Positions 35,270 through 48,444 of a stretch of DNA of 64,000 nucleotides are shown here, piece after piece. Under the pieces are notes generated by a model that saw only the letters and a list, made by a program, of their open reading frames with translations, ran no database searches and was not told where the DNA came from. Where the stretch lies: assembly GCA_030390025.1 (NCBI GenBank), contig CM059431.1:150104001-150168000 (forward strand), read 5' to 3'. Position 1 is the stretch's first letter; each line of letters begins with the position of its first letter. The DNA is from Squalus acanthias. Taxonomy: Eukaryota. Made by a program: the position numbers and the translations under genes.

Positions 35270-38130
35270 TAACATAAGAAATAAGAGCGGGAGTAAGCAA
35301 TACGGCCCCTAGAGCATGCTCCGCCATTCAATAAGATCATGGCTGATCTTCAGCATCAACTCCACTTTCCCGCCCGATCTCCATATCCCTTGATTCCCCT
35401 ACAGTCCAATAATCTATCTACCTGAGCCTTGAATATAATCAAAGACTTAGCATTCACAACCTTCTGGTGAAGACAATTCGAAAGATTCCCAACTCTCTCA
35501 GTGAAGAAATTCCTCCTCAACTCAGTCTTGAATGGCCTACCCCTTAACCTGAGAGTATGCCCCCCTAGTTCAGGACACTCCAACCAGGGGAAACAGCCAC
35601 TCAGCATCTATCCTGTCAAACACCTTCAGAATCTTGTATGTTTCAATGAGATCATCGCTCATTCTTCTAAACTCCAGAGCGTATAGGCCCATTCTACACA
35701 ATCTCTCTTCATAGGACAACCCTCTCACCCCAGGAATCAATCCAGTGAACCTTTGTTGCAACATCTTCAATGCAAGTATATCCTTCCTTAGATAAGGAGA
35801 CCAAAACTGTGCACAGTACTCCAGGTATGGTCTCACCAAGGCCTTGCCCAATTGTCGCAAGACTCCCTTACTCTTATACTCCAACTTCCTTAAAATAAAG
35901 GCCAACATGCCGTTTGCCACCCTTATTGCTTGCTGTACCTGCATGCTAGCTTTCTGTGTTCCTTGAACGAGGACACCCACCCAAATCTCTCTGAACAGCA
36001 ACTTTTGAAAGGTTCTCACCATTTAAAAATATTCTATTTTTCCTATTCTTCCAAAAAAAGTGAATTACCTCACCTTTCCCTACATTATAATCCATCTTCC
36101 ACCTTACTGCCCAATCTCTTAGCCTATCTATATACCTCTGCAGACTCATTGTGTTCTCGTCACAAATTACTGTCCCACCCAGCTTTTCATCATCAGCAAA
36201 TTTGGATACATTTCTCTCGGTCCCTTCATCTAGGTCATTAATATGATTGTAAATAGCTGAGGCCCCAACACTAATCCTTGTGGCACTTCCCTAGTTATAG
36301 CTTGTCAACCTGAAAAATATCCATTTATCTCTACTCTCTGTATTCTGTCCCATAACCAATCATCTATCCATGCTATTATATTGGCCCGAACCCTATGAGC
36401 CCTAATCTTGTGTAATAATATTTTATGTGGCACCTTATCGATTGTCTTTTGGAAATCGAAACACACTACATCCACTGGTTCCCCTTTATCTACCCTGCTA
36501 GTTACATCCCCAAACAAAACTAATACATTTTTCAAACACGATTCCCCTTTCATAAAACCATGTTGACTCAGCCTAATCTTTTCATGATTTTCTAAGTGAC
36601 TTGATGCCACTTCCTTAACAATGGATTCCAGCATTTTTCCGACGTCTGATGTCAGGCTAACTGGCCTGTAGTTCCCTGTTTTTTCTGTCCATTTTTTCTT
36701 GAGTAGCGTTGTTACATTTGCGACCATCCAATCCGCTGGGACTTTTCCAGAATCTAGGGAATTTTGGAAGATCAAAACCAATGCTTCCCCTATCTCTTCA
36801 GCCACCTCTTTTCGAACCCTGGGGTGTAGGCCGTCAGGTCCAGGGGATTTGCCGGCTTTTAGTCCCATAAGTTTCTCTAGCACTTTTACCCTACTTATAT
36901 TAATTACATTAAGTTCCTCACCCTGATTAGAAACGTGTTTCCCCACCATTTTTGGTATTCTTTTTGTGTCTTCTACTGTGAAGACAAATACAAAATATTT
37001 GTTTAACGTTCCTGCCATTTCCTTATTCTCCATACTAATTTATCCTGTCTCAGCCTCTAACGTAGTAACGTTTACATTTGCTACTCCTTTCCTTTTCACA
37101 TACTTGCAGAAACTCTATCAATCTGCTTTTATATGTCTTGCTCGTTTTCCCTCATTGTCTATTTTTTTCCCTTTTAATCAATTTTTTAGTCATCATTTGC
37201 TGGTTTCTGATACTCCCCCAGTCCTCAGGCTTATTATTATTATTTGCAACACTATAAGTTTCTTCTTTAAATCTAATACTATCCTTCACTTGTGTAGTTA
37301 ACCAAGGTTGGATCACTTTTCCAGTGTAGTTTTTGTTTCAGAATGGAATGTAGTTTTGAGAATTATGAAATATTTCTTTAAATGCTAGCCACTGCTTATT
37401 TACCGCCATACCTTTTAATCTACTTATCCAATATACCTTATCCAAATCGCCCCTCATACCTACTTAATTGGCCTTATTTAGGATTAAGACTCTAGTATCG
37501 GACTTAGGCAAGACACTCTCAAAATTAATGTAAAAATCTATTATATGATGAAAACTCTGCCCCAGAGGATCCTTTACTATTATGATTGCTAATTAACCCT
37601 TTCTCGTTACACAATACAAGTTCTAAAATAGCCTGTTCCTGATTGGTTCCATGACATTTTGTTTTAGGAAACTGTTCCGAATGCCATCCATGATCCTCCA
37701 GGCTACATTTGCTAATTTGATTTGTCCAGTCTATATGAAGAATAAAGTCCCCCAAAGTTATTGTAATACCTTTGTTGCAAGCTCCTGTTATTTCTTGATT
37801 AATATTCTTTCCAACTGTTTAGATACAGTTAGGGGGCCTATATACTACTCCTACCATGTTTTCTGCACCAATACTGATTCTACTTCCTGATCTTCCGAGC
37901 CGAGATCCTTTCTCGCTACTGTCCTTATGTCATCTTTATTATTAGGACTACTCTGACTCCTTTTCCATTCTGCCTATCTTTTCGAAACGTCAAGTGCCCT
38001 GGAATATTTAGTTCCCAACCTTGGCCACTTAGCAACAATGTCTCTGTAATGGCTATTAGATCAAACCCATTTATCGCTATTTCTGCCATTAGTTCGTCTA
38101 TCTTGTCACCAATGCTTCATGCATTCAGAT
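35270..38130 (-). mobile_element. Degenerate CR1 covering most of ORF2 (APE + RT), tail-to-tail with the previous copy
   Basis: ORFs 36305-37033 (KSPGPDG, NYRPVSLTS, QHGF), 35570-36022 and 37525-37755 (MGDF..IDW). Confidence 0.92.
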
Positions 38131-38498
38131 AAAGAGCAATTAAATATTTTTTTTAACATTATTCCCTGCTGTGACTTTATTCTCTGCTCCACTGCTACCA
38201 TTAAACTATCTGTCCTTTCCTGTCACACTCTGCTTATTTTTACCCAAGTCGCTACACTGGTCTATTGCCATGACCTTTCTCTTTGGATTTGTAAATTTCC
38301 CCTCATCTGACCCCTCTCCATATGTTTAGTTTAAAGCCCCAGCTACAGCCCTAGTTATTCAATTCGCCAGGACGCTATGGCTCAAGTAGTATTCCAGAGA
38401 TTATTATCCTTGTGGTGCTGCTTTTTAATTTGGATACTAGCGGCTTATAGATTCATAGTATCATCGAAAGTGACAGCCCCTACAACGTTCCCTACCTC

Positions 38499-41400
38499 CT
38501 AGAATCATAGAAAGTTACAGCACGGAAGGAGGCTATTTCGACCCATTGCGTCGGCATCGGCCAAAAAAGAGCTATCCAGCCTAATCCCACTTCCCAGCTC
38601 TTGATCCGTAGCCCTGCAGGTTAGAGCATCGCAAGTGCACATCCAAGTACTTTTTAAATGTGATTAGGGTTCCTGCCTCTACCACCCTATCAGGCAGTGA
38701 GTTCCAGACCCACACAACACTCTGGGTGAAGAAATTTCCCCTCAAATCCCCTCTAAAATTTCCCCCAATTACTTTAAATGTGTGCCCCCTGATTTTGGAC
38801 CACTCTGCTAAGGGAAATAGGTCGTTTCTATCCACTTTATCTAGGCACCTCATAATTTGATACACATCAATTTGGTCTCCTCTCTGCCTCCTCTGTTCCA
38901 AGGAAAACAAATCCAGCTCATCCAGTCTTTCCTCATGTCCAATTCTCCACTCCCGGCAACAAACTTGTAAATCTCCTCTGTACCCTCACTAGTGCAATCA
39001 CATCTTTCGAGTAATGTGGCCACCAGAACTGAACGCAGTCCTCTAGCTGTGGCCTAACTAGTGCATAACCCCGCTGCTCTTGTTTTCTATTCCACGGCTA
39101 ATAAAGGCAAGCATTCGATATGCCCTCTTAACCACCTTAAGTACTTGTCCTGCTACCTTCAGGGATCTGTGGACATGCACTCCAAGGTCCCTTTGTTCCT
39201 CTACACTAATCAGTGTCCTACCATTTAATGTGTATTCCCTTTCCTTGATTGCCCTCCACAAAAACATTACCTCACACTTCTCCGGTTAAATTCCATTTGC
39301 CACTGTTCTGCCCACCTGACCAATTTTTTGACATCTTCCTGCATTCTGCAGCTTCCTTCTTCAGTATCAAAAACATAGCCGATTTTAGTATCATCTACAT
39401 ACTTCTTAATCATACCACTATATTCAAGGCAAGATCGTTGATATATAGCAAAAAAAGCAAGGGACCTAGTATTGTACCCTGCAGAACCCCACTGGAAAAA
39501 GCCTTCCAGTCACAAAAACACATATCAACCATTACCCTCTGCTTCCTCTCTCCGAGCCAGTTTTGAATCCAACTTGACAGTTGGCCCTGGATCCCATGGG
39601 CTTTTAACTTCGTGACAGTTCTGCCATTTGCAAACTTATCAAAAACCTTGCTAAATTCTATAGACTGTACATCAACCACACTACCTTTATCTGCCCTCCA
39701 TGTTACCTCCTCAAAATATTCAATCATATTTGTCAGACACGACCTTCCCTTGACAAATCCGTGCTGAATTTCCTTGATTAATCCGTGACTTTCTAAATGA
39801 AGTTTTATCCTGTCCTTCAGAATTATTTCCAATAATGTTCCCACTACCGAGGTTAGGCTGACTGGCCAGTAATTACTCGGTCTATTCTTTTCAACCTTTT
39901 TAAACAAGGGTACCACATTAGCAGTCTTCCAGTACTCTGGCACCACACCTGAGGACAGAGTGGATTGAAAAACGATTATCAGGGACTCTGCTATTTCTTC
40001 TTTTGCTTCGCTGAACAGCCTGGTATTCATTTCATCCGGGCCTGGGGATTTATCCACCTTTAAAGCTGCTAAACCCTTTAATACTTCCTCTCTCACTATG
40101 TTTATTTCATCTAATATTTCACACTCCTCCCCTCGCCCCCGATAGCAATGTCTGTTCGCCCCTCTCCTTTGTGAAAACAGACGCAAAATATTCATTAAGA
40201 AGCCTACCGAAGCCTCCCCCCTCCAGACACAGATTACCCACATGATCTCTATTGGCCCCACCCTTTCTTTAGTTATCGTCTTACTCTTAACATATTTATA
40301 AAACATCTTTGGGTTTTCCTTGATTTTACTTGCCAAGAATTTTCATGCTCTCTCTTTGCTTCCCTAATATCATTTTCAATTGCACCCCTGCACTTTCTGT
40401 ACTCCTCTAAAGAATCTGGAGCATTTAACCCTCAGTATCTGTCATACACCTGCTTTTTTTCATTATCCTACACTATATGTCTCGAGACATCCAGGGGGCT
40501 CTAGATTTGTTAGTCCCATCTTTTTTCTTTAATGGCACATGCTTGGTCTGAACCCTGCGGATCTCCTTGAATGCCTCCCACTGCTCTGTCACTGATGTAC
40601 CTTCAATTAGCTGTTTCCAGTCCACTATGGCTAAATCCCCTCTGAGCTTAGCAAAATTTGCTTTTCCCCAATTTAGAATTTTTATTCCTGGTCTATCCTT
40701 GCCCTTTTCCATAACTACCTTAGATCTAACAGAATTATGGTCTCTAGCATCAAAATGCTCCCCCATCTGATAAATCTTCTACCTGCCCAGCTTCATTCCC
40801 TTAATGAATGTCCAGAACCGCCCCATACCTTATTGGGCTTGCTACATACAGGCTAAAAAAGTTCTCCTGGATGGATTTTAGGAATTCCGCACTCTCCATA
40901 CCCTTCACACTAATTTTATCCCAGTTAATATTGGGGTAGTTGAAATCCCCGACTATTACTGCCCTATATTTTTTTTAACTTCTCAGAAATTTGTCCACAT
41001 TTTTTTTCTTCTATCTCCCTCTCACTGCTTGGGAGTCTGTCGTACACTCCCAGCAGTGTAAACCCCCCATTTTTGTTTTTCAATTCGACCCATATGGCCT
41101 CGTTTGATGACCCCTCCAACTTATCATCCCTCCTCCATCTGTAATATTTTATAAATATATACCGCGACCCCCCGAAACCCACCACACGCCCCGTCCCATT
41201 TTACCTTCCTCTCTATCCCGTCTGAAAATCCTGTAATCAGGAATGTTGAGCTGCCATACCAGACCCTCTTTCAGCCACGTCTCTCTAATAGCTATAATAT
41301 CATCGTCCCAAGTATCTAGCTGTGTCTTTAGCTCATCTGTTCGCTATAGTCCTTGCATTGAAGTACATATCATTTAGTACAGGCAAACCTCCTCGTTCAC

Positions 41401-42720
41401 TAGTATCTAGCTCTTGATTCCTCTGTCCTTCCAATTTATTTTCTACGTTTCTGTTTTCCAATTCCAGTTTGTCTTCCCTCCCTATTGACTCTATATTAGG
41501 TTCCCATCTCCCTGCCAAGCTAGATTAAACAGTCCCCAACTGCACTAGCAAAGCCTCCCGCGAGGATATTGGTCCCGATCCCGTTGAGGTGCAACCCGTC
41601 TGGCTTTTAGAGGTCCCACCTCCCCCAGAAAATGTTCCACTTCCTTAGGAATCTAAAGCCGTCCCTCCTACACCATCTCTCCAGCCACGCATTCATCTGC
41701 TTTATCTTCACATTTCTGAAATCACTAGCACGTGTCACTGGTAATAATCCAGAGATTACTAACTTTGGGGTACTGCTTTTAAAACTATTTCCTATCTCCC
41801 TAAACCCTGCCTGCAAGACCTCATCCCTCTTCCTACCTATGTCGTTGGTACCGATATGGACTGCGACCGCTGACTGTTCACCTTCCCCCCCTCAGAATGA
41901 ACTGCAGCCGTTCAGTGACATGCTTGACCCTGGAACCATGGAGGCAAAATACCATCCTAGAGTAACGCCTGCGGTCGCAGAAACACCTGTCTGCTGCCCT
42001 AAATATTGAATCCCGATCACAATTGCTCTCCCTCTCCTCTTCCTCCCCCTCTTCCACATCCCCCCCCCCCCCCCCCGCCGCCTGTGCAGCTGAACCTTCC
42101 ATGGTGCTGTGGACTTGGCTCTGGCTGCACTCCCCAGATGAACCATTGCCCTCACCAGTGCTCAGCACTGAATACTAGTTGGTGAGCAAGATGGGCTCTG
42201 GGGATTCCTGCACTAACTGGTTGGTCCGCCACTTCTGTCTGACTGTCACCCATTCCCTCTCTGCTTGCAAATTCTTAAACTGCGGGGTGACCACCTCCCG
42301 AGATGTGCTATCCAGTTAGCTCTCAGCCTCACGGAGGCACAGCAGTGACTGCAGCCGCCGCTCAAGCTCCGTAACCCGGTGCTCGAGCTGCTGTATCTGG
42401 CGACACTACCCGCACAAGTGGTCGTCCAGAACAATGGTGTTTGTCCAGGACTCCCCACATGGCACAGGATGTGCATTCCACGGGTGTGAGCTGCACTGCC
42501 ATACCTCGAATTAACCTCTAATTTACTAACCTAGCTGGAATAAATTAAAAAAACTTTAAGAAAGTCAAATAAAAACACTTAGCAGATACTCATCAATCAA
42601 CTCCCTCCCCTTTTGCCGACGTCACTTTTGACTTCTGACTTCACTCTTTGAAAATTCTGCCGGTGCTGAGTTGGTGCCGCCGCCGCCTCGCCGCTCCCCC
42701 CAGCTCCGCACTGCTGCTGC
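38499..42720 (-). mobile_element. Near full-length decayed CR1: 5' UTR, ORF1 (Cys motif + SGNH esterase-like), ORF2 (APE + RT), 3' tail
   Basis: ORF1 ATG at 42502 (MAVQLTPVECTSCAMW) and 'LVISGLLPV..MNAWLERWCRRDGFRFL..W..FWGR'. ORF2 pieces 40964-41185, 40473-40766, 39410-40336 and 38581-38910. Confidence 0.9.
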
Positions 42721-42889
42721 TGTGGGGCAAATTAAAGAAACAACCGCCCAACGTGGGGCTCAAACCCAAGACCGGGAGATGATAGAATGTCATGATTTAA
42801 TGACTGAGCTAGCCGGGGATTACTGCAAACTGCCCTCTCTAACTCGCTCAGCAGAACCTCATTCTTAGTTCTACCTATGTCCTTGGTAC

Positions 42890-43760
42890 CTGGCGGAGCA
42901 GACGCGAAGGACCAAATGGCCGACTCCTGCTTCTATTTCTTATGTGCTTATGTTCGTAAGTGCGGGGTCAGAGCAAATGGCTTTCTGTGCAAGTGTAAGA
43001 AATGCAGAGTGATGGAAGCGAGGGAAAAGCCAGAGATTTCTACTGGGAGCTGCCAGTGAGAACACTGCTGCCCAGGGAGCAGCCGCTTGGGCAAACCATG
43101 CTGGCAGTGAGTCTCAGGCTGTTCCTCCACCGCAAACCCAGCTCCCAAAAGCAGATTTTAAACTTTTCTGCTGATTTAAACTTTGGAAGGTTTCAAAGGA
43201 ATTCTGATGTTTGCAGTGAGGAGAAAGGATTGTTCATAAAATGCCACGTTCAAAAAACAAAGTTTAAAGAAACAAATATAAGATGTTTTTAACCAGTCGG
43301 GCAGCGGGTTGGTGAGAAATTCGATTAAAATGCAGCAGCGCTGGTGATTTCTGTGCATCATCAGCCAGCTGGCTCACTTCAGTCAGAGTTGCAAACGTCA
43401 ACAGCTGCTCTGTGAAAAGTTGCCAGTGGATTTTACCGGCGAACTTGATGCAGCGGGTGATTGACAGCCACACCGGCCAATCGAATGCGGACCGGACTTG
43501 AAGTTCAGCCAGTGGCTTTTGCGATGGGCGGAGCACAGTCCAGTGATTGACAGTTCGGATCGGGAGCGACTGTTTGTGAAGCTTCAGGTTCTGGGACCAA
43601 ATTTCAAAAGGAAATGTTGCTGATTTTGTGGGGATATTTTGATGAAGTGCGTTGTGGATATTTAAATATATATTTAAATTTGCAGAAATCTCATGATATA
43701 TTCTTCCCTATAGCGTCAATTTACAAATAAAACGTGGTGCAAATGTGAAACCACCCTGCC
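42890..43760. repeat. Right arm of the inverted duplication (partner 14828-15716)
   Basis: Reverse-complement similarity throughout. TGATTGACAG at 43458 and 43544, CCAAT at 43477, GGGCGG near 43526. Confidence 0.92.
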
Positions 43761-44395
43761 TCTCTCTCTTCCCCAGTCTCTCTCTCACTCCCCAGTCTCT
43801 CTCTCTCTCTCTCTCTCCCCCAGTCTCTCTTTCTCTCTCTCTCTATCTCTCCCCTAGTGGCTCTCTCCTCCATTCTCTCTCTCTCCCCAGTCTCTCTCTC
43901 TCCCCCCAGTCTCTCTTTCTCTCTCTGTCTATCTCTCCCCTAGTGTCTCTCTCCTCCATTCTCTCTCTCTCCCTCAGTCTCTCTCTCTCACTCTCTTGCT
44001 CTCCCATCCCCAGTCTCTCTCTCCCACAGTCTCTATCTCTCCCGTCTCTCTCTCTCCCCAGTCTTTGTCTCTTCCCTGAGAGAGAGTGAGTGAGTGAGGC
44101 AGAGACTGAGAAAGTGAGGCAGAAACTGAGAGAGATTGAGTCAGAGAATGAGAAAGAGTGAGAGATAGGGTGACGGAGATAGAGGAGAGATCGATGGAGA
44201 TAGATAGGGGAGAGAATATTAGATATAGATAGAGAGAGAGATAGGGGAAGACAGAGATAGAGGAGAGATAAATGGAGATAGAGAGAAGTGATATTAGATA
44301 TAGTTAGGGAGAGAGAGAGTGTGACAGAAATAAAGGGGAGGTCGATGATAGCAGAAAAACACGGAGTGAGAAGCAGATTATAGACAGAGGGAGAT
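43760..44395. repeat. CT-rich copy of the GA satellite (43760-44078) switching abruptly to GA-rich sequence
   Basis: 'ctctccccagtctctctc' units (reverse of the 125-14825 array), then 'gagagagtgag...gagatag'. Confidence 0.85.
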
Positions 44396-44804
44396 GTGTT
44401 TCTCTCTTGTTTTTTAAGAAATTATGTGTGTTGTGGGCCCTTTGAGCTGTTAATGTTCTTTGACAGCATGTGTTTTATTACTGGGTGTGATGCCAGATCA
44501 TTTAACTCCAATAATGACAAAGAGCTGAGCTGTTGCCAAGAAAACCGAAGCCATTATTTGGCAGGTCAGTAGAGTTGTTCCAGGACGAAAGTGGATTAAT
44601 TTAATACACTGGGAATACAGAAGGAGGAATTGATATCCGACGGAGTGACTGGAGCACAGCATCCCAGGCAGGGGCATCACTGAGAGTGTGAGGAGGGAGT
44701 GATCATTGGGAAATGTCCAAGGCTCCCTCTCCGGCCTGTGCCGAGTTAGCCTGAACTCACACCCGGTGTGATAATGAACACCACATACACAGAGAATTGG
44801 ACAT

Positions 44805-45790
44805 TGCAGAGGCTGCTTTACTCTATATCTAACCCATGCTGTATCTGCCCTAGAAGTGTTTGATGGGGCATTGTAGAGAGCGCTTCGCGTTGTATCTAAC
44901 CCGTGCTGTACCTGTCTGGGAGTGTTTGATGGGACAGTGGAGAGGGAGCTTTACTCTGTAGCTAACCCGTGCTGTACTTGCCCTGGGAGTGTTTAATGGG
45001 ACAGTGTAGAGGGAGCTTTAATCAGTATCTAACCCAACTGTACTTGCCCTGGGAGTGTTTAATGGGACAATGTAGAGGGAGCTTTACTCTGTATCTAACC
45101 CGGGCTGTACTTGGCCTGGGAGTGTTTGATGGGACAGTGTAGAGAGCGCTCCGCGCTGTATCTGACCCGGGCTGTACATGCCCTGGGAGTGTTTGATGGG
45201 ACAGTGTAAATGTAGCTTTAATCTGAATCTACCCCGTGCTGTACTTGCCCTGGGAGTGTTTCATTGGACAGTGTAGAGGGAGATTTACTCTGCATCTAAC
45301 CCGTGCTCTACCTGCCCTGGGAGAGTTTGATGGGACTGTGAAGAGGGAGCTTTGCTCTGTATCTAACCCATGCTGTACCTGCCCTGGGAGTGTTTGATTG
45401 GACAGTGTAGAAGGAGCTTTACTCTGTATCTAACACGTACTGTACTTGCCCTGGGAGTGTTTGATGGGACAGTGTAGATAGAGATTTACACTCTATCTAA
45501 GACGTGCTCTCCATGCCCTGGGTGTGTTCTATGGGCAGTGTAGAGGGAGCTTTACTCTGTATCTAACACGTTCTGTACCTGCCCTTGGAGTGTTTGATGG
45601 GACAGTGCAGATAGAGTTTACTCTCTTTCTAATCCTTGCTAAATTTTCCCTGGGAGTATTTAAAAGGACGGTGTAGATGGTGTTTGACTTTGTAACTACC
45701 CAGTGCTGTTCATGCACGTAGAGTGTTTGATGGGACAGTGTAGATTGAGCTTGACTCTGTATCTAACCCCGTGCTGTACCCGCCGGGGAA
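44805..45790 (+). repeat. 67-bp satellite, about 15 copies
   Basis: Unit 'ctttactctgtatctaacccgtgctgtacttgccctgggagtgtttgatgggacagtgtagagggag'; period of 67 between 44949 and 45016. Confidence 0.95.
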
Positions 45791-46114
45791 GCAGTTTAAA
45801 CAAAGATGATTGTCATTCCCCATGCTTCACTTTGCATAGCATTAATCTGAGACAGTGTTTGTGTTGGTCAGTCCTGTTATTACAAAACCCTTCCTGTTCA
45901 CCCTGTTAGTTTTTTTTTCTCTCGCTGGGGTCCGCGTTCCTCGGGCAGTTCCTTCACGGGTCAGTGCTGAGTGTTGCTATTGAATTGTGGGAGGTGTAAG
46001 GGTTTCTCTCTGAACCTGTGAGATTCGTGTGGCTCTGTGCAGCCTGGATGCTGGTGCGGGTTTAGGCCTTGTTGCCTGTTCTGGTCTCCAGCCAGTCTGG
46101 GAGCACTAGACACC

Positions 46115-47585
46115 TGTGAGTGGTTCGACCCACTCGCCCTTACGGTTCTGACACTGGACTTAGATGCGAGAGCAGTAATGGAGATAAAACTCAGATAGAC
46201 CCGGTTGAATGGTACGAAATGGAAAATCTTTATTGCATATTATTCAAGATTACGAAATACATATCATAAGCACAGATTAATGACAGTACAATCTTACAAG
46301 CAGTTATGTAACTAATTTCAGGGAAATGAGGAACGAACGACACATCGTAAATGGGGGCACACATTACAATTATCCTTAAAACTTGAACCCTCCCCTATCA
46401 ATATCTGCTCTAAACTAGACTTGTAGGATCGACACTCATGCTCACCACTCGTGATAACTCGGAGAATTCCGAAAGCTCTGATCGGATGTTTTTCCACCGC
46501 AGCACCTGATCACCCACGTGTCGATCAGGGGTCTCTGTACCCCACTTGTTTACTCGTTTCTGCTCCGGCTAGCAGGCTGGAACGTCTGCTGTCATGAAGA
46601 TCTGTGTTGTCCTCGGAGTTCCGATACTACTCAAAGAAGAGTATTCCTGTGCCCTCGCACTGATGCGATAGAATTCGAAGAATAGTCTTCCTGGCTGTTC
46701 TGTAAAATTCAAAAGATGGTCTTCCTGGGCAAGGAAAGTGTCTATTCGACCTACAGGCGCGGTCGGAGCTTACTGACCGTGGCGATACGTATGGTGTTCT
46801 TCTCTTCTCATCTCATCTCATCTCATCTCATCTCATCTCATCTCGGGCCTTCGGTTCCAACACCGTTTACCGACTTCTCGGGATGGTGCGCCGATTTCAA
46901 GGCTTCACAGCCCAGTTCCACACAGATCTTCGCGGCACGCCACGAGGTAGATCCGGGCGGATCGTAAAGTTCAACAGTCTTTTGAAAAGAGACACGAGGC
47001 AAGCAGGAACAAGATGGCGAGTCAAGAGCAGCCACGAGGATAAACGTCAGCTGGATAAGAGGATAAGAGAGAGATGGACGGTTGGAGCTTGCAGTTATAG
47101 TGCAAAATCTTCCTTTTTCCCGCTCAACCTTAATGTCTTTTCTTTTGTTAGGCTTTGGCGCTCAAATTTCTTGTATAGGGTGATCTCCGTTTTAATGGGT
47201 TTCGGGGATACTCGTAATTGTCTGAGTACCTGTTAATACTTTTCCCATTGTTTAATCGGTCGGTGTTCTCCCTGGAGGGGTTTTGGGGCTTCCAAATGTT
47301 TTCTGTAACCACCCGCTAACGGCTCTCTCATCGTAGAGTCGTTGGGATTTTGCATATTAATGTCTTTGGATGGGTTCTTGATTACTTGGTACAATAGCCC
47401 TTATTCACACCCGGGGAACCGATTTCAGTATTTATGTGTATACTGCAAACCCATGATGTCTCGTGTATTATCTTAAATGTGCTTAGTCTTGATCGATCTT
47501 GCACAAATGTTTATTGGAACGCCATCTTGTCTGCCTATCGAAAGGTCTAGAATGTTCTGCCACGAGGCGTGGCGGCCACTTTACA
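46115..47585 (-). mobile_element. Candidate solo LTR
   Basis: Minus strand begins TGTAAAG (47585) and has a YY1-like motif (~47520), CTATAA (47095-47100), AATAAA (46229-46234) and a ..CA end (46115). No exact TSD found. (TCTCA)n at 46806-46844. Confidence 0.35.
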
Positions 47586-48444
47586 GGCTGCTTGTGTCCA
47601 CTTTGAAAACCTGACAGCATTCTGCTGAAATAAAGCTGTTTGAACGAAACTATGTGTTTTCTCCTTATTTATAAAATCGCGATATATTGTGAATTCTACA
47701 GTGGCATCACGGTCAGTCACTATTCTGATTTCCGCTTCCATAACATCGGCCGTCTCCGCCCCTGCCTGAGCTCATCCTCTGCTGAAACCGCATCCATGTC
47801 TTTTTTAGGTCCTGACACGATATCCTGAGGAAAAAATAGATATTAATAATGTAATTGGAGTGCAATTAATGATTTTTAATTCATTTATTGAAACCAGGCA
47901 AGGTCTGTTTTCAGAGCGGGGTGTCATGCTCCGCTAAACATATTACCTAGAATGTACAGCACATAAACAGGCCATTCAGCCCAACAGCTCCATGCCGGTG
48001 TTTATGATCCACACGAACCTCCTCCCAAACCTCTTCATCTTACACTATCAGGATTACCTTCTATTACTTTCTCTTTCATGTGTTTATCACGCTTCCCCTT
48101 AATTGGATCAATGCCATTCACCTCATCCAATCTCTGTTGTATCGAGTTCTACATTCTCATATCTCTCTGGGTAAAGAGGTTTCTCCTGAATTCTTTATTC
48201 AATTTTTTGGTGACTATCTTATATTCATCGCCCCTATTTTCGGTCTCGTAAATATGTCATAATTTTTGTTTTTTAAACTCTATGATAATATTTGTTAGCA
48301 CTTCTTGTCTCACCAGTACATTGTGTATGCTTTTCCGCTGTCGACTTTATCAAAGTACAAGAAACGATTACAATCCGGCTCAAAAACTGCAGGACGTCGA
48401 TTCTAAACATGAGACAAGGATTCAATGCCTTCTGTTATCAGAGA

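Noticed and set aside
47546..47575. Helitron 3' end (hairpin then CTAG on the minus strand)
   Set aside because: CTAG is followed by A rather than T, and no matching 5' TC end or Rep/helicase remnant was seen.
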